From contig CM075992.1 of assembly GCA_038087875.1 (NCBI GenBank), positions 8,186,001-8,250,000 on the forward strand: a DNA stretch of 64,000 nt. Reading direction: 5' to 3'. This DNA comes from Malacoraja senta. Its lineage: Eukaryota. Shown here one piece after another: positions 12,031 to 26,259 of the stretch (the first letter of the stretch is position 1; each line of letters opens with the position of its first letter). The notes beneath the pieces were generated by a model. The model saw only the letters and a program-made list of their open reading frames with translations, was not told the origin of the DNA and made no database searches. The position numbers were made by a program, and so were the translations under genes.

Positions 12031-13339
12031 TTGTACTTAGATCAGGATAAATTCAACACCAAGGTTACACATTATAAACATACATCCAGGAAAGACCTGT
12101 GGTAAGAGGCCAATTATAGATAAAATTTGTTAAACCCAGAATCACTATACAGGCAAATGTATTAAATATTTAAAATAAAACAATAATTGTTAATATTTAT
12201 AGATATCTCTTGCAGGGTCAACATTAAACATAGCTAAAAGTGAGATGTAGAAACAAGGAACTGCATATACCGTTTATAAAAAAGACACAAAGTGTAGAGT
12301 AACTCAGCTTCTGGAGAGTACTGATAGATGGCGTTTGGGTCGGGACCCTATTTCAGACTGATTGTAAAGAGAAGGGGGAGGGAAGAAAGCTTGAAGAGGA
12401 CATGGGCAGGACAAAGCCTGGGAAGTAACATAGGTTCCCGAAACCCTGGGGAAAAAGACTACGTGTATTCACACTATCTGCACCCATCATGATTTCTCCA
12501 CCTCTATGAGATCACCCCGCAGCTTCCAGCACTCTGCAGAATAGAGCCCTAGTCCCTCCAATCCTCTAAGAGGTCACTCCGCATCCTCTGATGCTCCAGG
12601 GAAAACAGTCCAAGGTTGTCTATCCTCGTCTTTCAGCTATTTCTCTATAATCCAGGCAGCATTCCAATAAACCTCTTCTGCTGTCACTCCAAAGCATCCA
12701 CATCCTTCCTGTTTTGGAGTGACCAGAGCTGCACACAAATACCCCAAATGCAGCATAACCAAAGTCCTATAAATGTGCAACATGACTTCCTGGATCTTAC
12801 ACACAATGCATCAACTGATGAAAACAAACCTACCATGTACCTTCTTTACCAATCTTACGTTGCTACTTTCAGGGAGCGATGGTCTTAGATTCCAATATCC
12901 TTCTACACACCAATGCGGTTAAGGGCCTTGCCATTAAATGTATACCTTCCCCTTACATTCAACCTCCCAAAGTGCAACTTCTCACACTTGCTCAGGTAAA
13001 ACTCCATCTGACATTTCTCTGCATATTTCCGTAGCCGATCTATATCCCCCTGTACATTTCGAAAGCTTTCCTCATTGTTCACAACTGCACCAATTTTGGA
13101 GTAACTCAGCGGGCCAAGTTGGAACCCTTCTTCAGAAGAAGGGTGACGACCCAAAACGTCACCTATTCCTTTTCTCCAGAGATGCTGCCTCACCCGCTGA
13201 GTTTCTCCAGCATTTTGCGTCTATCTCTGGTATAAACAAGCATCTGCAGTTCCTTCCTACATATCATATCTACTAATTCTGGTGTGGTCTGTAGATTTAT
13301 TAACCCATCTACATTTACATCCAAGTCATTTATGCAGAT

Positions 13340-13538
13340 GGTAGACAAAAGTGCTGGAGAAACTCAGCGGGTGCGGCAGCATCTATGGAGCGAAGGAAAT
13401 AGGCAACGTTTTGGGCCGAAACCCTTCTTCAGAGTCTATTTCCTATTTCCTTCGCTCCATAGATGCTGCTGCACCCGCTGAGTTTCTCCAGCACTTTTGT
13501 CTACCTTCGATTTTCCAGCATCTGCAGTTCCTTCTTAA
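13340..13538. mobile_element. Penelope-derived hairpin insertion with degenerate hammerhead motif
   Basis: Long inverted arms; TSD TCATTTATG(C/T)AGAT at 13326-13339 and 13539-13552; inserted in a CR1 fragment. Confidence 0.8.
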
Positions 13539-14058
13539 TCATTTATGTAGATCACAACAACAGAAGTCCCAGCACAAATTAGCTGAGGAACTCCACAGGT
13601 CAGACCTCTCCCGCCAGAATAACACCCTTTCACCATAACCTTGTCTTCTATGAGCAAGTCAATTTGGAATCCAAAAGACCAAGTCACCATCGATCTCATG
13701 CATCTTAATCGTGTAGATCAGTTTACCATGAGCGACTTTATTGAATGCCTTGCAGTAATCCATGCAGACATCCGATGCCTAACCCTCATCGATTATCTTC
13801 GCCTCCTTAAAAACTCAATCAATTTATCAAACTCAGTCATATCATCTGCTATAATATTGTAATTCCCCCCTCATGGAAGAGGTCGATAAGCCTGTCGATC
13901 CACTGAAAATCAAGGTGTCTGGAACAGATAAAATCTCTGACAAAAGTATTGTTCTTTAAATTCAGAACCTCATCTCATTCCATCTGTTTTTCCCAGTGAA
14001 ATAATGTGGAAACAGGTCGCACTTTCAGAAGTTTGATTTGACTCATTTAAAATTTTTA

Positions 14059-14250
<192 letters not shown>

Positions 14251-15514
14251 TCAGTTCCAAAATCAGCAACCCGTCTTTAAAACCCGATTCTTCCTTACGC
14301 ACTTTTGTGCGTCAATACAGTAAACCCTCATTTTTACACCTTGTTGGTATGAGTAATACTATCAATACTGTCTGATTGACAATAGACAATAGGTACAGGA
14401 GTAGGCCATTCAGCCCTTCGAGCCAGCACCGCCATTAAATGTGATCATGGCTGATCAGCTACAATCAGTACCCCGTTCCTGCCTTCTCCCCATAACCCCT
14501 GACTCGGCTATCTTTAAGAGCCCTATCTAGCTCTCTCTTGAAAGCATCCAGAGAACCGGCCTCCACCGGCCTCCACCGCCCTCTGAGGCAGAGAATCCCA
14601 CAGACTCACAACTCTCTGTGATTGCTGGCAGAGTCTCTCATGGAGTTATACAGCATGGAAACAGGCCCTTCAGCCCAACTTGCCCATGCCGACAAACATG
14701 TCCCACCTGCTGGCATTTGGCCCATATCCCTCTAAACCTGTCCTACTCATGTACATGTCTAAATGTTTCTCAAACGTTGCGATTATACCTGCCTGAACTA
14801 CATCCTCCGGCAGTTTGTTTCATACACCCATCACCCTTTGTGTAAAAAAGTTACCCATCAATTTGCTTCTCGATTCCCCTACTCTGGGCAAGAGACTCTG
14901 TGCGTTTACCCGATCTATTCCTCTCATGATTTTATACACCTCTATATGATCACCCCTCATCCTCCTGCGCTTCAAGGAATAGAGTCCCAGCCTGCTTAAC
15001 CTCTCCCTACAGCTCAGGCCCGCGAGTCCTGGCAACATCCTCGTAGATCTTCCCTGCACCCTTTCCAGCTCTCCATCCATTTAAAGTCCTGCTGTGCCAC
15101 AAGGTCACAGGGTGAAGGCATGCACACACTATCAGAGATCAGGATGGAACCAACCCTATTACATCACATCATGGGGAATGGTGAAAGAGTGGGAATGTGA
15201 TAACACAAGAGGATCTGCTATGATTGTCATAGAGTTGTACAGCACAGAAACAGGCCCTTCGTCCCACCACATCCATGCTGACCATTTTGGCCATCTACAC
15301 CAATCTCATCTGCCCACATTAGGTCTGTGTCCTTCTGTTGAATCAATGGCACAGACGGCTCAAAGGGCTGAATGGCCTGGGCCTGTTCCTTTTCCTAGAC
15401 TCCCATGTCATAAGGCAAGGAAATTGGCCCTACGTCTATGCCGGACATTGAGTACATATCTTCACTAAAGCCCATTTTACAGTAGCTGGCTCCTAGCATT
15501 CTACTGAATGCTAA

Positions 15515-15827
15515 TGGGCCTGTCCCACCTAGGCGACTTTTTCGGCGACTGCCGGCACCCGTCATAGGTCGCCGAAAATTTTCAACATGCTGAAAATTCA
15601 GCGGCGACCAGAAAGACTCTTTGGGCGACTGAGGAGACTACTCACGACCATACAGGCGACATGTCGCGGGGTGAAGCCTGTATGATCATGAGTAGTCGCC
15701 CAAAGAGTCGTACCTTGTTCTGGTCGCCGCTGGATTTTCAACATGTTGAACATTTTCGGAGACCTGTTGCGACTATGACGGGTGCCGGCAAGTCACCGAA
15801 AGAAATCGCGTAAGTGGGACAGGCCCA
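15515..15827. mobile_element. Palindromic MITE, probably PIF/Harbinger-like (313 bp)
   Basis: TIR TGGGCCTGTCCCAC...GTGGGACAGGCCCA; almost fully self-complementary; same family as 32255-32567. Confidence 0.8.
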
Positions 15828-16407
15828 TCTCAAGTAGTCAGTCATCTAATGTGCATCAAACAAGAGCAAGCACATTCATAATCATTTGTTTTATGGAATT
15901 CATGCAAGAATTCATGAGGTAATATCACCACCGCGAAAAATTAATTGCTCCAATTATTCAAGTAAAGCACTGCCTTCACATTGTCCTACTTCAACCTCTC
16001 TATATGAAATGACCCAGTTAAATCCTCCACATCTCCTTTATAAATCTAGATCAGGGTAGACAGTCACAATCTTTTTCCCAAGGTGGAAATGTCAAAGACT
16101 TGAGAGCATTATTTGAAGTGAGAGGGGCAAAGTTTAAAGGGCATGTACAGGGCAAGATAAAGTCCTCTCTTTATACAGAGAGTGGTGAAGACCTGGAACA
16201 TGCTGCCATGTTTGGTGGTGGAGGCAGATACAGGTGGTAAGTGGCGTTGAAGAGGCTTTTAGATAGGCACATGGATATTCAGGGCATGGAGGAATATGGA
16301 CCACATGAAGGCAGAGGAGATTAATTTAATTTGGCATCATATTCAACACGGATATTGTGGGCTAAAGGTCCTGTTCCTATATTGTGCTGTTCTATGTTCT
16401 ATATTGC

Positions 16408-16837
16408 AAGTCAAGTCAAGAGAGTTTATTGTCATGTGTCCCAGATAGGACAATGAAATTCTTGTAAGCACAAATACAGAACAGTTCAGTGTGGCTATAT
16501 TGCATAGACCGTATATATACACACGTAAATAAACAGATAAAGTGCAATAGGCTGTTATAGTTCAGAGTTTGTCTGATGGCGAGTTTAATAGCTAATGTCT
16601 GTGGGGAAGAAGCTGTTCCTGAACCTGGATGTTCCAGATTTCAGGCTCCTGTACCTTCTACCTGATGGCAGCAGAGAGATGAGTGTGTGGCCAGGATGGT
16701 GTGGGTCCTTGATGATGTTGGCAGCCATTTTGAGGCAGCGACTGCGATAGATCTCTTCGATGGTGAGGAGGTCAGAGCCGATGATGGACTGTGCAGTGGT
16801 CACAACTTTCTGCATTCTTTTTCGCTCCTGGACGCTC
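16408..16837 (-). mobile_element. Rex1/Babar-like LINE 3' fragment
   Basis: ORF 16585..16839 (RKRMQKVV...KDPHHPGHTLISLLPSGRRYRSLK...RFRNSFFP), then AATAAA and a (TTGAC)n tail. Confidence 0.75.
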
Positions 16838-16947
16838 ATTTAGGACAATAATCCAATCAATCGCCCCAATTACAGCTCTATACCCCTTCCCTATTTCATT
16901 TTTGTTTACTCCTCATCATCTGCTCACTCTGTCCTTGAATTGGCTCA

Positions 16948-17133
<186 letters not shown>

Positions 17134-17172
17134 TTAATAGCTCTATCAAAAGAATTCAATATGGCTTTGTGT

Positions 17173-17320
17173 TGGAAAGAACTGCAGATGCTGGTTTACA
17201 TCGAAAGTAGACACAAAATGCTGGATTAACGTCAGAGTAAAAGACACAAAACATCACCTATTCCTTCTCTCCAGAGATGCTGCCTGTCCCGCTTAGATAC
17301 TCCAGCATTTTGTGTCTAGC
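17173..17320. mobile_element. Penelope-derived hairpin insertion next to a PKN1 acceptor
   Basis: TSD TTCAATATGGCTTT(G/A)TGT at 17155-17172 and 17321-17338. Confidence 0.75.
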
Positions 17321-19113
17321 TTCAATATGGCTTTATGTAGATTGATAGTGCATGGTCACTCAGTTCACCAGGTAAATGCTGACCATTGGGTACCCATCCA
17401 CACTAATTCCATTCAGTGTCATGGGGCCATGCAGCATGGAAAGAGGTCCTTTAGCCCAACTCGTCCATGCCAACCAAGTTGTTTAATTGAGCTAGTCCCA
17501 ATTGTCTGCAGTGGGACCATATCCTTCCAAACCTGTACTGATCCAGTGTCTTAATTGTACCCCCTTCTGCCACTTCCTCTGGCAGCTCGTTCAAAGCACG
17601 CACCATCCGCTGTGTGAAAAAGTTCAGTCTTAACTGGGTGGTCTTTGCAGATTCCTCCTGAGACTACGTAGGTTTCCCTAGGTATTCTGGTTTCCTCCCA
17701 CATCCCAAAGACATGCGGGTTGGGAAGTTACTTGGTCCTGGCATATAGAGAGGATTTTAGGAGGGGTGAAATTGATGGTAATGTAAGAACAGAATACTGG
17801 AGAAATTCATGTTCATAAGTTATAAGACATAAGTTATAGGACATTATTGGGACATAATGGATAGGACAGGCTTGGAGGGATATGGACCAAAAGCAGGCAG
17901 GTGGGACGAGTGCAGCTGGGACATGTTGGCCGGTGTGGGCCAGTTGGGCCAAAGGGCCCGCTTCCACACTGTATCACTCTGTTACTCTATGAGGAGCAGA
18001 ATTAGGCCATTCGGCCCATCAAGTCTACTCTGACATTCAATCATGGCTGATCTATCTTCCCCTCTCAACCCCATTCTCCCCATCCCTGACAACCATACTA
18101 ATCAAGAATATATCTATCTATCTCTGCCGTAAAAATATCCATTGACTTGGCCTTCGCAACCTTCTGTGGCAAAGAATTCCACAGATTCACCAACCCTCTG
18201 TCAACATCAATTCCTCCTCATCTCCTACCTGAAGGAACGTCAATTAATTCTGAGGCTAGGATGTCTGGTCCTAGACTCTCCCACTAGTGGAAAAATCCTC
18301 TCCACATCCACTCTATCCTGGCCTTTCACTATTCGTTAAGTTTCAATGAGGTTCCTCCTTATCTTTCTCAATTCCAGCAAGTAGAGGCCGAGTGCTGTAA
18401 AACGCTCATCATAGGTTAACCCACTCAGTCCTAGGATCATTCTCATAAACATCCTCTGGACCTTTCCAGCTCCAGTACAACCTTCCTCAGATATGGGGGC
18501 TGATGAGGAAGTTACTTACTACACATCTTCCTTGCTAATTAATCTACTCCATACGACTGCGCATTATAGTATAGTTATAAATATCAACTGCATAATCATC
18601 ATCTAATGTTGCACAATCGTAAAGCAATAGGGAGTTACAATCAATAATTGTGTGGTATTTAAGTGCCACTTAATCAAATCCATGGTGATTTATCAGCAGA
18701 GAAGGCAGAACACTGGAATTCTCAGTAAGTCTCATCTTACCTTCACTTTAGGAGATTACTGAGTGAATGATTAATGAATTCAAGCAATGGTGCCTTGGAC
18801 TAAAACTACACCTTTGACTTATTTATGACTCCAGGCACCAGCCGGTTCTTTAATTGGGGTCCTCTGTTCCACAGACAAACTTTACTCTTATATTGGAGAG
18901 AAAAGACACAAAGTGCTGGAGTAAACTAAGGGTCAGGCAGCATCCCTGGAAAACATTGACAGGTGCCGTTTTGGGTCGGGACCCTTCTTCAGGCTGATTC
19001 ACTCCAATATTGTTCACCCTTTTTACCTCTCACTTCCACTTCGTCACTGGCATCCAGAATATATTGATTAAGGAAAGAACATATGGGAAAACCTAAATTG
19101 AGAATTTTAATTG

Positions 19114-19568
19114 AGGCGGCATGATGGCGCAGCGGTAGAGTTGCTGCCTTACAGCGCCAGAGATCCGGGTTCCATCCTGACCATCGGCGTTGTCTGTATG
19201 GAGTTTGTACTTTCGCCCCACGACCTGCATGGGTTTTCGCCGTTGCTCCGGTTTTCTCCCACATTCCATACAGATTGTACGTTAATTGGCTTTGGTAAAA
19301 TTGTAAATTGTCCCTTGTGTGTAGGACAGTGTTAGTGTGCGGGGATCGCTGGTTGGCGCGGACTCGGTGGGCACTATCCTATACACTGGGGACAATTTAT
19401 AATATTACCGAAGCCAATTAACCTACACACCTGTACGTCTTTGGACTGTGGAAGGAAACCGGAGCACCCGGAGAAAACCCACGTAATCACAGGAAGAAAG
19501 CACAAACTCCGTTCGGACAGCAGCCTTAGTCAGTATTGAACCCGAGCCTCTGGTACCACTGTGCTGGC
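19114..19568. mobile_element. Two HE1 SINEs fused in inverted (tail-to-tail) orientation
   Basis: Plus copy at about 19114-19372 directly followed by a minus copy at about 19373-19568. Confidence 0.8.
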
Positions 19569-19747
19569 CTAAAATTATTATTATTGGCCCAAAATCCTTA
19601 CTTACTTAGTACTTTGATTACTCAACACTGCGTGATTATGTGCAGTTGACATCTGCATGAATGGCATAACAAACAAACATCTGCAATAGATTTATTAGCA
19701 AGGAAGACGCTGAGAACTACCTCGTCCTCCGAAAAAATTGTAAATTA

Positions 19748-20032
<285 letters not shown>

Positions 20033-21904
20033 CTATTTGGAATCTGTATTGCAACTTATGGAATAGTGAAAGGCCTGGACAAAATTGGATGTGGAGAGGA
20101 TGTTTCCACTAGTGGGAGAGTCTAGGACCACAGGTCATAGCCTCAGAATAAAAGGACACTCCTTTAGGAAGGAGATGAGAAATAATTTCTTCATCAGAGG
20201 GTGGTGAATCTGTGGAATTCATTGCCACAGAAACAGTGGAGGCTGTCAATGGATATTTTTAAGGCAGAAATAGATAGAGTCTTGATTAGTACGGTGTCAG
20301 GGGTTAGGAGAATGGCATTGAGATGGAAAGATAGATCAACCATGATTGAATGGCGGAGTAGACTTGACGGACCAAATGGCATAAATCAAGAAAAGGCTGA
20401 AAGGGAGTTACTACAGGACAGAGGAAGGGACAGTCATCACATGTGTAGCAGTTAGAAACTCATAGACTCAGAATTAAAGGGCGCTCTTTTAGAAAGGAGG
20501 CGAGGAGAAATTTCTTGAGTCAGAGTGTAGTTAATCTGTGGAACTCATTGCCACAGAGGGCTGTGGAGGCCGTCAGTAAATATTTTAAGGCAGAGATAGA
20601 CAAATTCTTGATCAGAGCGGGTGTTAAGGGTTTTGGGGAGAAGGCAGGAAAATGGGATTATGAGGCAGAGATCAGCCATGATTAAATGGTTGACGATGGG
20701 CCGAATGGCCTAATTCTACTATAACTTGTGAACATGTAAACTCACATTATTCTACTTAGATTAAAGCACATAATTCAGGCTCTCTAATCAAACCTCGGGT
20801 AGACCAATGTCACTGGAATAAATCTGAGTATCAAATTACTGTTTGTACAAATTGCTAAAGGTAGGATAAGATATTTTGTGTGTATCTTTGGTATAAATGA
20901 GCATCTGCAGTTCCTTTTTATTACATGCTGAATTTATGCTTCATCTCAGATGGATGCCAATAGAAAATCAATAGGATTATTTCAAAGATTTTTTTTTCCT
21001 GGCATGCCAGTCACTTATAATCTGTCTGAATCTTGCCAGAATGTTGAAGTAAATGATTAATTAATTTACTTCTGACTTATTTATGTCAATAGTCAACTTA
21101 ATTTTATATCTACATTGTAGCATTAAAGTACATGTCCACAGTGAACTAGATACTGGTCCTCCTTGGGTTATGACATGGTTCCATTATTGAGAACTAATAG
21201 AGTGGCGCGGAGGGGCAGGGGTAGAGTTGCTGTCTTACAGCGCCAGACACCCAGTTTCCATCCCGACTCTGGGTGCTGTCTGCATGGAGTTTGTACGTGT
21301 TCCCCATAACCTGTGTGGGTTTTCTCCGGGAGCTTAGCTTTCCTCCCACACTCCAAAGATGTACAGATTTGTAGGTTAATCAATGTGGTAAAAATCGTAA
21401 AATTGTCCCCAGTGTGTTAATGTTAGTGTGCGGGGACTGCTGGTCGATGCGGACTCGGTGTGCCTGTTTCGCGCTGCATCTCTAAACCAAACTACTTGTA
21501 TCCCAAAGAGTTTGCAAATGGGAAATATGGCCTCCCGCCAATATATTTAAACAAAAATATCGGCCAACCATGGGTAACATAGTTAAACCAAGGGTGTTTG
21601 CTTCATCCATTCAGATATCGCTTTGAACCGAGTACCCAGCCAGCAGAACATGCCTGCAGCCCCGCAACAGATCCATCCATCTTCCAAATGCTTGCTCCAA
21701 TGTGTGGGTCGTACATAAATCAGGCGTTGGTGACCTATGGAATACTTGTACCTTCAGCTGAGACAATAATAGATGTTGTAAATAGCTAAAACCTTGGCCA
21801 TGAGGTATTCCACCAAGGGCCAAAAAGGGCCATCAATTATATTGGCGGGACGGATTCCACGTACTATTCCACCTGCTGTTTCACCAACATCCAGGAACAT
21901 CGGG

Positions 21905-22298
21905 CCTCCGTAGAGGCAACTGTGGTGGCCTCGATGGGCCTGACTCTGGGGAGAACTGGGCTGGGGACTGGACATTGTGCCTTCCCCCACAGTGGTGGTC
22001 ATTGTGGGGGGATGATTTTGTGTGCTGTGCCTGTTAGTCTGTGTGCAAGATGGCGGTCGGAGGGGAGAGTGGACGCTGGCGCGAATTGGTCACCGCTGCT
22101 CTCTCCTCAAATTGTGTTTCTTATTTTCTTTTTGTGCTTTTGAAATTGAATTCTGTCCTTGATTTGTGTACTGTGGTGTTTTTATATTTAATTTATTCCG
22201 ATAATGTGTTTTGTATTTTTGTGATTCTATGCCTTGTAAGGTGTCCTTGGGTTTTAGAAAGGCGCCAGTAAATAAAATGATTATTATTATTATTATTA
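21905..22298 (+). mobile_element. Retroposon with L2-type 3' tail
   Basis: Ends GTAAGGTGTCCTTGGG...GAAAGGCGCC...AATAAAATG(ATT)n, resembling fish L2-family tails; 5' boundary uncertain. Confidence 0.5.
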
Positions 22299-22532
22299 TC
22301 TTGTACAACTGCAAAATTAAGCTCCAACTCATATTGAATGCTCCAACTAAGAAGCCAAGCGAGCCATTCTTCACCACTCTGTCTATCTTCATCACCATTT
22401 TGGAGGAACTAGAAACTTCTACCCCTGGGTCTCTCTTCTCCACAACACTCTCCAGGGCCCTGTCATTCACTATAAATGGCAGATACTGACCCAGGTCTGA
22501 AGAGAGGGATCGTTTTAGTAGAAGTGACACTA

Positions 22533-22631
<99 letters not shown>

Positions 22632-22829
22632 TTAATGTTGTCTAACATGAAGTCGCAATAATTTGGGAATAGTTTGAAGTAAAAAATAAGCAAAACATTC
22701 AGTGTTATTAAAAAATACAACCGGCGAAGGCAATTAATTTAAATAGCCCCGAGTAAGGAAATGTCCTAACGGTCAGCAATTGTGCCCTACTTCTGTTCCC
22801 CAGCCTGTTGGTGTCTCTCAGTAATGTCT

Positions 22830-23140
22830 TTAGTTCAGTTTAGTTTAGTTTGGAGATACAGCGCGGAAACAGGCCCTTCGGCCCACGGGTCCGCGCCGAC
22901 CAGTGATCCCCGCGCACTAACACTATCCCACACACACTAGGGACAATTTTTACATTTACCAAGCCAATTAACCTACAAACCTGTACGTCTTTGGAATGTG
23001 GGAGGAAACCGAAGATCTTGGGGAAAACCCACGCAGGTCACGGGGAGAACGTACAAACTCCGTACAGACAGCACCCGTAGTCGGAATCGAACCCAGGTCT
23101 CTGGCGCTGCAAGCGCTGTAAGGCAGCAACTGTGCTGCCC
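22830..23140 (-). mobile_element. HE1-type SINE
   Basis: V-domain and (CTAAA)n tail, same family as the other copies. Confidence 0.85.
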
Positions 23141-23919
23141 TATCTGTCCAGTCTGTCTCAACATCTCTCATTCTTCAAGCTACACAGTGGTGGACCTGGA
23201 TGGAGCAGCAACAGGTGGAATTTAATCCTGGTGGGCGCAAGGTGATGCATTTTGGAAGGATTAATGAGGTGGAGAAGACAAACAGGTTTTGAGAGGAGAA
23301 GAACAATGAGTGCTCGGGCCCGAGAGGGTACTGAGAAACAGAGGGACCTTGGTGTACAGCTCCAAAGATCCTTGATGGTGGCAGTACAGGTAGATTAATT
23401 GGTGAAGGAGGCACACAGAATAGTGGCCTTTATTAGCTGGGGCACATGGAGGTCATGGTACAAATTAGACAAGGCATTGGTTGAGCCACAACTGGAGTGC
23501 CGTGCAGGGAGAGAGGCCGAGAGGACAGAGCGATGGGAGGAGGAGGCGGGAGTGGTCAAGCGGGAAGCAGACAAAGTCACCACCAACAGCAAGAAGAGCA
23601 GCAAGTGAGAGGGGAGTAAGCCCCAAGGTGCCCTGTGTGTCCTGTCAGTGGTCGCCCCGGAGCCTACAATGTGAGCAGCAACAAGAGCCGTGTCACTGGA
23701 CTGTGTGGTGGGTGAAGAAGGGCTCGCTGGTGCGCCTTGCAAGTCGGTGGTGGGTTCAGAAGCCGGCACCCTAAACGGCCGGGGAGACGGCGCGAGCCAG
23801 GAGTGGCATCGGCAGCTCCGCCGCTATATCCAACATCCATTATAAAGGGTCCGTTAAAACAAGGGTTTACTGTATTAAATTGAACCTCAAACTTGTTGAT
23901 AAAGTGCTGGAGTAACTCA

Positions 23920-24099
<180 letters not shown>

Positions 24100-25214
24100 T
24101 TATCTTTAATTGTCGTCACATTGCATTATCAAACATCAAGTTTGTTGACAGACTAATCCCCACAGTTTCTTCCATTACAGTCCTATGATGCAACTCAATA
24201 AGACTTTGGTTGGGCCACATTTGGAGTATTGCGTACAGTTCTGGTCACCCCATTACAGGAAGGATGTGGAGGCTTTGCAGAGAATGGAGAGGAGGTTCAC
24301 CAGAATGCTGCCTGGATTAGAGCGGATCAGGTACAAGGAGAGGTTGAATAAACAAATTGTTTTCTCTGGAACGTCAGGGGGTTGATGGCTTTATAATAAA
24401 AGTATATAAAATTATGAGAGGTAATTAGGGCAGACACTAGAGGGCATAGCTATAAAGTGCGAGAGGGAAAGTTTAATGTTGCGCGGGGCGCAAGAGTGGT
24501 GGGGGCCTGGAATGCATTGCCAGGGGTGGTGCTGGAGGCAGATATGATAGTGCCGTTCAAGAAGCTTTTAGATAGGAACAAGGTGAATCTGTGGAATTGT
24601 TTGCCACAGAAGGCTGTGGAGGACAAGTCAGTGGATACTTTTAAGGCAGAGATAGATAGATTCTTGATTAGTACAGGTTTTTGGGAGAAGGCAGGAGAAT
24701 GGGGTTAGGAGGGAGAGATAGATTAGCCATGGCAGATTGAATGGCAGAGTAGACTTGATGGGCCAAATGGCCTAATTCTATTCCTATTCCTTATGATGAT
24801 GTGACCTTATGAAGTGCCAGGAATAGAGGGGTATGGATCATGTACAGGCAGATGAGATCAGTGGCGTCATGTTCGGCACAAACATTGTGGGCCGAAGGGC
24901 CTGTTTCTGTGCTGTACTGTACTATCTTCAATGTTCTATACATATCCAATCAAGAGAATATTAAAAAGATTTAAGCGCTCATGATGCACACAGGCCAGGC
25001 CAGCTATGGGAGGCATATTTCACATCAAGGAGACCCAACTGTACTCAGCTTCCTTCACAGATATAAAACTCTCGGGTCTGTATCATCTTTTCTCATATTG
25101 CGCTCCTCCTAATACCATTCAATTGTTCTAAATTTCTCTCAAGGCTGCTTTGTTTGATCAGTTTGCATTTGTGATCATCCAAGGACAAGGACATGGAGGA
25201 TAGCGAGATCACAC

Positions 25215-25620
25215 AAACCAACATTTACACCTCACGCTGCCTCGGCAAGGCCAGTAGCATAATCAAGGACCACTCACCCCGGTCACTCCCTCTTCTCCCC
25301 TCCCCCATCAGGCAAGAGGTACAGAAGTGTGAAAACGCACACCTCCAGATTCAGGGACAGTTTCTTCCCAGCTGTTACCAGACAAATGAATCATCCTACC
25401 AACAGCTAGAGAGCAGTCCTGAACTACCATTTACCTCATTGGAGACCTTCAGACTATCTTTGATCAGACTTTACTGGCTCTATCTTGCACTAAACGTGAT
25501 CCACGTTATTCCTTTATCATGTGGACGGCTCGATTGTAATCATGTATTGTCCTTCCGCTGACTGGTTAGTAGGCAACAAATGCTTTTCACTGCACGCCAG
25601 TACACGTGACAATAAACTAA
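25215..25620 (+). mobile_element. Rex1/Babar-like LINE 3' fragment
   Basis: IYTSRCLGKASSIIKDHS..., frameshifted; tail TTCACTG...GTGACAATAAA. Confidence 0.7.
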
Positions 25621-26057
25621 TCAGTGCAGAGAATACTAATATGCAGGTGCAGTTTGAGATCAAGGGGGTGGTGGTGTTGGGGCTCTTGAAGAGCATTATT
25701 GTGGATAAATCCCCATGGTCTGATGCGGGTTAGCAAATAGAAAAAAATTATCTACAAAAGAGTCTTGTGAATCTAACAGCACCACCACTGGGAGGAGGGG
25801 GTTCTGGTGCTGTAAGGCTTTTGGGTTTGTTTTTAAGGCTTGGAAGGATTTTCTTTTCTCAAGCAGCACTGCGGGCAAAACTACCCCACTTTGCAGGGAT
25901 TTCTTTACTCTTGCATTTTATGAACTGGAATGGCAAATACCAACAACACAACAATGTTGAGGAATGAACTGTAGATGCAGGTTTACATTGAAGATCGACA
26001 CAAAATGCTTGAGTAATTCAGTGGGACAGGCAGCATCTCTGGATAGAAGGAATGGGT

Positions 26058-26085
26058 GACGTTTCGGGTCGACACCCTTCTTCAG
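26058..26085 (-). ncRNA. Minimal type I hammerhead ribozyme core (best-preserved copy)
   Basis: CUGAAGA-A-GGGU(GUCG)ACCC-GAAAC-GUC on the PKN1 sense strand; stem III reduced to the ACGU palindrome; stem I poorly supported in this copy. Confidence 0.65.
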
Positions 26086-26259
26086 ATGGGTTTCAAACAA
26101 TGTTTACTAGTTTCTCACTGTTTAAAAAAATTCTAACCTGGCAGCCTACTTTAGTACACATTATATACACATGAATGACTGACACAGGGAGCCAAACTGG
26201 GAGAACAAAGGCACAACTGCCAGTCTGTGAATCGCTCGTTTAAAACCATTTATAGGAAA

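Noticed and set aside
21533..21850. 13-bp inverted repeat TCCCGCCAATATA around about 290 bp
   Set aside because: No TSD, no second copy and no recognisable ORF; too weak to call.
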